From positions 1 to 63,426 of the forward strand of contig DGOF01000029.1 in assembly GCA_002389285.1 (NCBI GenBank): a DNA stretch of 63,426 nt. The letters are read 5' to 3'. Both the position numbers and the translations under genes were made by a program. This DNA comes from Patescibacteria group bacterium UBA4473 (lineage in GTDB: Bacteria; Patescibacteriota; Gracilibacteria; UBA4473). Position 1 is the first letter of the stretch. Every line of letters begins with the position of its first letter. Positions 1 to 6,914 of this stretch are shown here, in pieces. The notes beneath the pieces were generated by a model. It did no database searches, was not told where the DNA came from, and was given only the letters and a program-made list of their open reading frames with translations.

Positions 1-1490
1 AGGAAAAATAAACAGAGCAGTGGTACTAAGAAGAGTGAGGCGACCAGTGCGCCCAGCATCGCAAAGATATTCGTGAAGGCGAGGGGATGGAAGAGCTTTC
101 CTTCCATGCCTTCAAGCGCAAAGATTGGCACGAAAGAGAGGGCGATAATGAAGATGGCGAAAACCAGTGGTGCGGCAACTTCTTTGGTTGATTCTAAAAT
201 AACTAAAAAGCGTTGCTGAAAGGTCTTGGGGTTTTGTGCTTTTAATAAATGCTGATAAGCATTTTCTGTCACGACGATGGCACTATCAACCATGGTTCCG
301 ATGGCGATGGCGATCCCGCCAAGACTCATGATGTTGGAAGGAATGCCTAAAGTATACATAGCTAAAAACGTCATCAAAACACCAAAGATTAACGCGATAG
401 CCGTGATAATAGTCGCGCCACCATGGAGTAAAAAGGCCCAGAGGACCAGGCCGGTAATCATCAACATCTGTAGCAAAACATTGCGGAGGGTACGAATTGC
501 GTTTTGGATCAGTTCGGTTCGATCGTAAAAAGGTTGAATAGTAATGCCTTCGGGGAGGCTTTTTTCTATGTCACTGATTTTATTTTTTACCTGCCCAATG
601 ACTTCGAGAGGATTTTCGCCATAACGCATGACGACGATACCGCCGACTTTTTCGGATTCACTATCAGCGAGTATGCCGCGTCGAAAAGTACTTCCCGTAC
701 GAACTATTCCAACATCTTGGATTGTCAGGGGGACGCCGTCGGCACGATGGCCTAAGACAAGGGAGGTCATTTCTTCGGGGGATTCAAAAAATCCCAAGCC
801 TTGGATCGCGATTTCGCGCTCACCGTGTTCGAGGACTTTGCCGGAGACATTGTTATTGGCGTCTTGAATGGTTTTTATGACGTGGGGGAGACTGACATCG
901 TATTGTTCAAGTTTGACCGGATCGAGGACCACTTGGTAGGTTTTGAGATAACCGCCGACCGAGGCGATTTCGGCTACGCCGGAGAGACTTTGTAAATTAT
1001 ATCTGACCGTAAAATCTTGTAATGATCGTAGTTGGGTGAGGGAGTGTGTTTTACTCTCAAGGGTATACATAAAAATATGCCCGACGCCGGTGGCATCCGG
1101 CCCTAGCAGAGGCGTTACGCCGGAAGGAAGTTGATTGGCAATAACACTCAGTCTTTCACTTACCCGATCCCGGGCAAAATAAATGTCAGTTTTATCTTCA
1201 AAAATAACGGTTACGAGGGAGGTCCCGAGCATGGAGCTGCTGCGAACGGCTTTGACCTGGGGGAGTCCCTGCATGCTCACCGTGAGGGGATAGGTGACCT
1301 GATCTTCAATGTTTTGGGGAGACTGTCCGGCCCATCGGGTCATGACGATGACTTGGTTTTCCGAAAGATCGGGGATCGCATCAACGGGCGTTTTCATGAG
1401 CGAAAGACTTCCCATTAAGATCAAAATCACAAATATAATGCTCGTAAGAAATCTGTTTTCCAGGGCGAAAGTGATAAGTTTATTGATCAT
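1..1490 (-). CDS. cusA: CusA/CzcA-family heavy-metal RND efflux permease (partial, runs off window start)
   Basis: Not in the ORF track. Manual translation from the ATG at 1490 gives MINKLITFALENRFL...KTPVDAIPDLSENQVIVMTRWAGQSPQNIEDQVTYPL, the classic CusA N-terminus. The start overlaps the end of the upstream adaptor gene. Confidence 0.93.
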   Translation of the reverse strand, partial: MINKLITFALENRFLTSIIFVILILMGSLSLMKTPVDAIPDLSENQVIVMTRWAGQSPQNIEDQVTYPLTVSMQGLPQVKAVRSSSMLGTSLVTVIFEDKTDIYFARDRVSERLSVIANQLPSGVTPLLGPDATGVGHIFMYTLESKTHSLTQLRSLQDFTVRYNLQSLSGVAEIASVGGYLKTYQVVLDPVKLEQYDVSLPHVIKTIQDANNNVSGKVLEHGEREIAIQGLGFFESPEEMTSLVLGHRADGVPLTIQDVGIVRTGSTFRRGILADSESEKVGGIVVMRYGENPLEVIGQVKNKISDIEKSLPEGITIQPFYDRTELIQNAIRTLRNVLLQMLMITGLVLWAFLLHGGATIITAIALIFGVLMTFLAMYTLGIPSNIMSLGGIAIAIGTMVDSAIVVTENAYQHLLKAQNPKTFQQRFLVILESTKEVAAPLVFAIFIIALSFVPIFALEGMEGKLFHPLAFTNIFAMLGALVASLFLVPLLCLFF

Positions 1491-3117
1491 TTTCTGTTTC
1501 TTGAGGTGCTAGAAAAGGTTTGCTTTCTCGAAAAAATCGAGAAGAGGCGGTCTGGATAATATTCAGATCTTTTGTGAGAAGTTCGGATTTTACATCGCTG
1601 TACTCACCGTCTTCGGCGAGGACTTGTACGATGAGGTGGGCTAACGATTCATCTTCCTGAATGATCCAGAGATAAAAGTCAGACCCTTTGCGCTTGAGGG
1701 CGGTGGAAGGAACGGACCACACGGGGTTTTCTTGATCTAACAAATGTACATAGATGCTCGTGTTGTGTGACCAGTCTTGAGGGGTATCTAACACGGCCTG
1801 TGCTTGTGCGGTGCGAGACATCGCATCAAAAGAAGCGCCGATACTGGTGATCTGGGCCGGGAATTTTTTATTATCTTGGGGAAGACTGATGAGAATCTCA
1901 TCAGTAATTTTTATTTTTTTCATCCAGGATTCTGGCACACCGAAGTGAATTTCTTGTGGGTTTTCTTGGCCGAGGGTGGTGTGTACGTTTTCAACGGCAA
2001 AGAGGGCTTTGGAGGGATGAACGTTGTGTCCGATCTCGGCGAAGCGTCGCACGATTACGCCATCGAAAGGCGCGGTAACGCGTACGTGTCCGCTTTGGGC
2101 CAGAACATTTTGATAGGCTTCTTGAGCCACTTGGACTCGGTTTTGGGCATCAGAGATGCTTTTTTGTGACTGAGAAGATGTCAGGTCAAGGCCTTTAGTG
2201 GCCTGCTTGACGGAAACCGACAATTGATCGGCCCTGAGAAGAGTCTTTTCCAGTCGATCGAGCGCAGCCAAAACATTTTGTCTGTTTTTCTGAAGCGCTA
2301 AGTGATTCTGTGAATTTTCAGAAGCGCTTTGGTAGAGTTCTTCGGCAAGAGAAAGTAAGATTTCGAGTGATCGTATTTGGATTTGCACTGACGCTTGATC
2401 TAATCGGTTCTGCCGAGCAGATTTATACTGATTAAAAATTTTGTTTTCCAAGAGGCTGTTGTTGAAGTTGCCTTTCAGCGCCGATGCATTTTGGATCGTG
2501 CCGGTATCGCCGTATAAAATTTTCTTCGTGTTCTGAAAAGCCGCATCTGAAATCGACTGTGCATGATCGAGATCTTGCTGGAGTTGGCTTCGTTCGTTCA
2601 AGCTTCCGCCCTCGATTGTTGTGTCGAGTTGGGTTTGGGCCTGAAGGAGTTTTTTCTCTGATACAGAGATAGATTCACTGGCCACTCCGCGCGTATTGGC
2701 CAAGTTTTGTTCCGCCGCGATGAGCTGGGCTTTGGCTTTTGCGATTTGGCTTGAGCTTTGGCCGGCGACTCCCTGCGGGAAGAGAAAGGCAAGCGTTTGT
2801 CCGATTTGAATCTCATCCCCGACATCGACCAAAATATCCTTGAGCAGTCCTTCTCGCCGCGGATGAATCATAGCGAACTGATTGGAATGAACCTGTCCGA
2901 TGAGTTTAATACTCGAGAAAGATTCAGAAATTTGAGGATTTATAGATTTGTGAATTTTCGCATTGGTGGATTTTGAAACTTTTGAATGTGTGGGCGTGGG
3001 TGTTTGAGTCTTTGTGAAGATGAAAACAAAAATCACAAGGATTATTATTCCCGCATAAATTCCCCATTCCCATAATTTTATGGGCCTTTTCCAAAAAGCC
3101 TTGAATATGTTTTTCAT
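1480..3117 (-). CDS. RND efflux periplasmic adaptor (membrane fusion protein) with long coiled coil
   Basis: N-terminal TM helix, lipoyl-like halves (GLLKDILVDVGDEIQIGQTL; VTAPFDGVIVRRFAEIG) and VPSTAL motif; directly upstream of cusA. Confidence 0.88.
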   Translation of the reverse strand: MKNIFKAFWKRPIKLWEWGIYAGIIILVIFVFIFTKTQTPTPTHSKVSKSTNAKIHKSINPQISESFSSIKLIGQVHSNQFAMIHPRREGLLKDILVDVGDEIQIGQTLAFLFPQGVAGQSSSQIAKAKAQLIAAEQNLANTRGVASESISVSEKKLLQAQTQLDTTIEGGSLNERSQLQQDLDHAQSISDAAFQNTKKILYGDTGTIQNASALKGNFNNSLLENKIFNQYKSARQNRLDQASVQIQIRSLEILLSLAEELYQSASENSQNHLALQKNRQNVLAALDRLEKTLLRADQLSVSVKQATKGLDLTSSQSQKSISDAQNRVQVAQEAYQNVLAQSGHVRVTAPFDGVIVRRFAEIGHNVHPSKALFAVENVHTTLGQENPQEIHFGVPESWMKKIKITDEILISLPQDNKKFPAQITSIGASFDAMSRTAQAQAVLDTPQDWSHNTSIYVHLLDQENPVWSVPSTALKRKGSDFYLWIIQEDESLAHLIVQVLAEDGEYSDVKSELLTKDLNIIQTASSRFFRESKPFLAPQETENDQ

Positions 3118-3145
3118 GATAAAAATGAATAAGAATTACAAAGGT

Positions 3146-3382
3146 TTAGTGACCGTGTGATTCCATATCCATATCCATTTCGTGTTCATGCATGTTGTCC
3201 ATGTCCCCCAGATGATCTTCGATCGACATGTTCATGCGAGCAGCGGCTTCTTTTTGTTCTTGGAATTCTTCCATAGAAAGTCCATAAGAAGCGGCCATGT
3301 CAGCTTCGGTCATAGGTTTTTGACCACAAGCGGTGAGAAGAAAAGCGAAGGCGAAGATGAAAACGATTGATAATTTTTGCAT
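3146..3382 (-). CDS. Small Met/His-rich lipoprotein, putative Cu/Ag-binding
   Basis: Lipobox LLTAC; C-terminus HLGDMDNMHEHEMDMDMESHGH; upstream of and co-oriented with the RND genes. Confidence 0.7.
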   Translation of the reverse strand: MQKLSIVFIFAFAFLLTACGQKPMTEADMAASYGLSMEEFQEQKEAAARMNMSIEDHLGDMDNMHEHEMDMDMESHGH

Positions 3383-3440
3383 AATAAAAAAAGAAAAAAG
3401 AAATAAAAAATAAATCCTACTAAGAATATTCTTTTTCTGT

Positions 3441-3788
3441 CTAGAGCAAAAGCTGGATTGTCTTGGTAATGATCGCTGGAGGATCTGGGCTGGAAAAAAC
3501 CAGCATCAAGGATTTTGGTGTAAAGATCGGTGCGGCGATGAAATCAGGAATCGTGTAGCTTGTTTGGAGAACAATCTCTGGGGAATCGCTTTCTAAAACA
3601 GTGGTCTCACTCCAGGCTTCTGCGGCTTCTAAGCAGGCGTCGCAGTTTGCTTCTTCTTGTTCGGGAGCTTGTTCCTGATGACAGGGAGGTAGTTCGGTCG
3701 CCTCAACGGTCATGCCTCCCATGAAGCTAAAGCAACTCAGGAGGAAGAGTTTGGAGAAGAGAAGGGAGAGCGAGGAGATTCGGTTCAT
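3441..3788 (-). CDS. Hypothetical exported Cys/His protein at the head of the metal-efflux cluster
   Basis: Signal-like N-terminus, PPCH and CDAC motifs, Pro-rich end (PDPPA); resembles small proteins often found ahead of cus/czc operons. Confidence 0.6.
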   Translation of the reverse strand: MNRISSLSLLFSKLFLLSCFSFMGGMTVEATELPPCHQEQAPEQEEANCDACLEAAEAWSETTVLESDSPEIVLQTSYTIPDFIAAPIFTPKSLMLVFSSPDPPAIITKTIQLLL

Positions 3789-3825
3789 GGATACACGCGG
3801 ATTGTAGCAGGGAAGCGGATGTGCG

Positions 3826-3860
3826 TAAAGAGAGAGACCGCCTTTTTTAGGGGCGGTCTC
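3826..3860 (-). terminator. Intrinsic terminator of ncRNA unit A
   Basis: Minus strand GAGACCGCC-loop-GGCGGTCTC followed by TCTCTTT. Confidence 0.75.
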
Positions 3861-4047
3861 GTCCTGTTTCGGTACGGGGCAGGCTCACAGGCGTATAGTC
3901 TGTGAGCATGTGGTTGGTCAGTGTGATTAACCGACGAAGGAGGTCGCACTGAACCGAACACGCTGTCCGTTACTTTTCCCCGATAATACTCGTTCCATCG
4001 GAAGAGTCCGGGAGAGATGAAGCTAAAAGCTTCGAAGCAAACAGGTT
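3826..4047 (-). ncRNA. Retron-like msr-msd ncRNA, array unit A (most distal)
   Basis: Own promoter (4054-4081). 5' CCUGUUU-G pairs with 3' AAACAGG (3863-3869). Conserved hairpins, variable core ~3870-3973, terminator stem 3834-3860. Ends are inferred from promoter and terminator. Confidence 0.8.
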
Positions 4048-4053
4048 GATACT

Positions 4054-4081
4054 AATTTAGTATTTACTGCGTATTTGTCAA
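4054..4081 (-). promoter_or_regulatory. Sigma70-type promoter of ncRNA unit A
   Basis: TTGACA-N16-TAAATT, 6 nt before AACCTGTTTGC. Confidence 0.8.
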
Positions 4082-4101
4082 ATCTTTTTAGGATTTAAAA
4101 C

Positions 4102-4134
4102 AAAGATAAGAGGGCCGCCTTTGTGGGGCGACCC
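4102..4134 (-). terminator. Intrinsic terminator of ncRNA unit B
   Basis: Minus strand GGGTCGCC-loop-GGCGGCCC followed by TCTTATCTTTG. Confidence 0.7.
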
Positions 4135-4319
4135 AGACCTATTTCGGTTTATCTAATGTTAGTGAGGGTGATTCCTCGCTAACATATGTCCAGATACAGT
4201 GAGGACAGGCCCGGAGGGCCCACTGGAGCAGGATGAACTTTCTTGATTTTCCCCGATATACTCGTTCCATCGGAAGAGCCCGGGAGAAAGAAGCCAGAGG
4301 CTTCAAAAGCAAATAGGTT
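4102..4319 (-). ncRNA. Retron-like msr-msd ncRNA, array unit B
   Basis: Own promoter (4326-4354). 5' ACCUAUUU-G pairs with 3' AAAUAGGU (4137-4144). Same conserved hairpins, variable core ~4145-4246, terminator stem 4112-4134. Confidence 0.8.
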
Positions 4320-4325
4320 GACGCT

Positions 4326-4354
4326 ACTTTAACTGTTTTTGTCGATTGTGTCAA
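4326..4354 (-). promoter_or_regulatory. Sigma70-type promoter of ncRNA unit B
   Basis: TTGACA-N17-TAAAGT, 6 nt before AACCTATTTGC. Confidence 0.8.
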
Positions 4355-4365
4355 TTTTTGTACAA

Positions 4366-4392
4366 GGAAAAACGGCCGCTTTGTGGGCGGCC
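4366..4392 (-). terminator. Intrinsic terminator of ncRNA unit C
   Basis: Minus strand GGCCGC-loop-GCGGCC followed by GTTTTTCC. Confidence 0.72.
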
Positions 4393-4589
4393 TGGGTTTG
4401 TTTCGTGTGCTATATGGATTACGGATCATGATTGAATGTAGATCCATTCGGACGAGGTCCGTCTCCTGACGAAGTCAGAATAGAGAACCGGGCCTTGTCC
4501 GAAGCAGCGGCTTATTTCTTCTCGGACTCATTCCATCGGAAGAGCCATGCGAGAAAGAGGGGTTCTGAAAGAACCAAGCAAACAAACTT
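4366..4589 (-). ncRNA. Retron-like msr-msd ncRNA, array unit C
   Basis: Own promoter (4596-4623). 5' GUUUGUUU-G pairs with 3' AAACAAAC (4396-4403). Conserved hairpins, variable core ~4404-4515, terminator stem 4374-4392. Confidence 0.8.
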
Positions 4590-4595
4590 GTTTCT

Positions 4596-4623
4596 AAGTT
4601 ACTCATTTTTCACAATATGTCAA
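4596..4623 (-). promoter_or_regulatory. Sigma70-type promoter of ncRNA unit C
   Basis: TTGACA-N16-TAACTT, 6 nt before AAGTTTGTTTGC. Confidence 0.8.
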
Positions 4624-4639
4624 TGCTTCTTGCTTCTTT

Positions 4640-4668
4640 AAAAAACAGGACCGCTTTGAGGGCGGCCC
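4640..4668 (-). terminator. Intrinsic terminator of ncRNA unit D
   Basis: Minus strand GGGCCGC-loop-GCGGTCC followed by TGTTTTTT. Confidence 0.75.
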
Positions 4669-4855
4669 GGGTTTGTTTCGCGTGCTTTCTCAGTCAGGTT
4701 TTATGGTGAAAACCGGAGTGAGGATATAAATGGGAACCTTTAGACGAAGTCAGGTTCACATTTCATCAGCATCTATCTGATCTCTTCTCTGACTGATTTC
4801 ATCGAAATAGTCATGGGAGAAAGAGGGGTTCTAAAAGAACTCAGCAAACAAACTT
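4640..4855 (-). ncRNA. Retron-like msr-msd ncRNA, array unit D (proximal to operon)
   Basis: Own promoter (4862-4889). 5' GUUUGUUU-G pairs with 3' AAACAAAC (4671-4678). Conserved hairpins with compensatory changes, variable core ~4679-4780, terminator stem 4648-4668. Confidence 0.8.
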
Positions 4856-4861
4856 AAGCCT

Positions 4862-4889
4862 AACTTAGTTGTTATCTTAATTTTGTCAA
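4862..4889 (-). promoter_or_regulatory. Sigma70-type promoter of ncRNA unit D
   Basis: TTGACA-N16-TAAGTT, 6 nt before AAGTTTGTTTGC. Confidence 0.8.
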
Positions 4890-4905
4890 GTCTTCTTCGT
4901 TTTGG

Positions 4906-6903
4906 CTATGATTTTGACGAGAAGGCGTCGATATTTTCTTCTAAAAACGTGATGGTTTTATCGACGGCCTCCCCTACGCGGTGGCTGGCAGCGGCGTGCA
5001 TACGGGTTCGGCAATGGGGACGAAAATGAGACTCATACATTTCAATCACGGCTTGTGCACAGGGGGCGACACCATTCACCATGAAATAAATCCCTAAGGG
5101 ATCTTCTTGGATTTGATTCAAAACGGTATCTTCGGGAAGTGTGTCATATCCATCACTGAGGATAGATATGAATTTTAAGGCATTGGGATCGTGTAATTTC
5201 ATTCGTGAGTATCCATATTTTAAGGATGCTTCACTATTGGTTCCTCCAGGATTTTGCATTTCGAGGATTATTTGGTAAAATCCTTGGACGAGCGTTTTGA
5301 GGGTGGGGGCGTCATCGAGGGGGACCACAAGTTTTATGCCACTGTGAAACAATATGACTTCTGTTTGAACCGGGCTTTCCATGCCGCGGGGAAGTTTGTA
5401 TCGTCCGGATTTGTTTCGAAGTTCTTCGGCAATATTGAGCGCGGATTGCATGAAAGCCGTGTAATATCCGAGGGTTTCATTCAGTTGGTCGCCCATACTT
5501 CCGGATACATCAATTATTTTTTGAATCTGGAGGATTTTGGGGGTGAGAAAGTTTCGTTGATTGACATATACGGGGGCATCAAATTCGCCCATCCGTCCTC
5601 GGGTCCAGGCTTCGGCTTCGCGGCCGGGTTCCACCATGGATCCGGATCGTTGTCTTCGAACGGGCATTTTTCGGTATTCTTGTTGAATAAAACGAGTGAA
5701 GACTTCGGTGAGACGTGTGATTTGCGGAGAAAATATGTCACAGGTTTGAAGATATTGGCGATAGATTTCGGGGGGTATTTCGAGTTGCTCGGCCATTTCT
5801 TGAATGTGAGAATCCAATATTTTTCCGCTCATTTTACCACTCCCATCAGCGTCTGTTCCCAGGAGATCATCGATTCTCTTGGCCGCTTCTTGAAGGTTTG
5901 CTTCGACGACCTGCTTTCCTTCTTTTGTTCCTGGTTTTACGGTTGTTGATTGTTGAGTCACCACTTCAATTTGTCGGTTGTGTTGTGCGATTTGTTCGAT
6001 GATTTCTTTGAGTTTGGCTCGCGGATCGTCTGCTTTGGAACATTGTTCATCGATATCCTCTTGAAGGAGTCGACCGAGGTCCTGCATGCCTTCAAAAAAG
6101 ACCATGCATTTTTCATGCACGGAGGAGGTGGTACTTCTGAGGGATCGGAAGTAATGTTCCATGGTTGGAACTTCGTTTACAACTTTCGGAGGAAGGGTGT
6201 TGGTCTCTGGCATTCCAAAAAAAGGTGCCGTGAGAAAGAGGTTTTGAAAGGCTATGTGATCCATGGCTCCTTCAAATTCGTTGTCTTTCCAGACAAATTC
6301 TTGGGTTTCTTTAAATTCCTGAGCACGTTTTTGTCCGGCCTCTCTTTCTTCCGGGCTGACACAACCCATTTCTTTTGAAAAGATCGTTCCTCGATTTAAA
6401 AGAAAACACTGTCGCAAAAGATCTTGGGTGGTGACATTTTCGGCATGAGGGGCGATGGTTTCAAGGATCACGTCCGCACAAGTATTAATGAACCCGCGCG
6501 CCATTTGTTCTTTGGTTTGTTGGGGAAGTTCTGCAGGAAGTTGGCTTATGGTTGCGGGAATCAGGGCTTCACATTGATCTTGAAATTGGAGCAGTTCTGG
6601 TAAATGGTGACCGAATTCATGCGCAAAACAGGCCATTTTTTCATCGATGGGAAGGGTGAAAATCGTGTAGGGATTGTAGAAAATGATCTGTTGTTTGATC
6701 AAGGTCGCATATCCAGGGTTGTCAGGCGTGGCTTCTGGGTCAGGTTGTAAAGGGAATCTCCTCGCATTGGGAATGAGTTGCTCGAGAATCTGTAAAAAGG
6801 CCTCCCCATTATCCCCATCTTCAGAAAAGGCTTCTGCAAGAGTGGTCGGAAGAGGACGTTCTATGTCCACTTGAGTCGGTAAGAGGTCTTCGTTTGGTGG
6901 CAT
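4906..6903 (-). CDS. HEXXH metallopeptidase-like domain + C-terminal vWA (MIDAS) protein, DUF2201-like MoxR partner
   Basis: FAHEFGHH followed by INTCAD; vWA MIDAS IIDVSGSM...GGTN...ISILSDG; 11 bp downstream of the AAA gene. Confidence 0.8.
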   Translation of the reverse strand: MPPNEDLLPTQVDIERPLPTTLAEAFSEDGDNGEAFLQILEQLIPNARRFPLQPDPEATPDNPGYATLIKQQIIFYNPYTIFTLPIDEKMACFAHEFGHHLPELLQFQDQCEALIPATISQLPAELPQQTKEQMARGFINTCADVILETIAPHAENVTTQDLLRQCFLLNRGTIFSKEMGCVSPEEREAGQKRAQEFKETQEFVWKDNEFEGAMDHIAFQNLFLTAPFFGMPETNTLPPKVVNEVPTMEHYFRSLRSTTSSVHEKCMVFFEGMQDLGRLLQEDIDEQCSKADDPRAKLKEIIEQIAQHNRQIEVVTQQSTTVKPGTKEGKQVVEANLQEAAKRIDDLLGTDADGSGKMSGKILDSHIQEMAEQLEIPPEIYRQYLQTCDIFSPQITRLTEVFTRFIQQEYRKMPVRRQRSGSMVEPGREAEAWTRGRMGEFDAPVYVNQRNFLTPKILQIQKIIDVSGSMGDQLNETLGYYTAFMQSALNIAEELRNKSGRYKLPRGMESPVQTEVILFHSGIKLVVPLDDAPTLKTLVQGFYQIILEMQNPGGTNSEASLKYGYSRMKLHDPNALKFISILSDGYDTLPEDTVLNQIQEDPLGIYFMVNGVAPCAQAVIEMYESHFRPHCRTRMHAAASHRVGEAVDKTITFLEENIDAFSSKS

Positions 6904-6914
6904 GAATATTTCTT

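Noticed and set aside
4139..4641. ORFs 4139-4447(-) and 4432-4641(+)
   Set aside because: They cross promoter and terminator boundaries of the ncRNA units, have no equivalent frame in the other units, and show no protein motifs.
3826..4889. CRISPR array interpretation of the repeats
   Set aside because: Period is ~270-290 bp, the conserved blocks are imperfect and covary structurally, each unit has its own promoter and terminator, and no cas genes are present.
3826..4889. Riboswitch/leader or type I/III toxin-antitoxin RNAs controlling the cus cluster
   Set aside because: Every unit is closed by its own terminator, the 3441-3788 gene has a separate TACAAT box, and no small toxin ORF is conserved across units. 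Retron architecture explains the pattern better.
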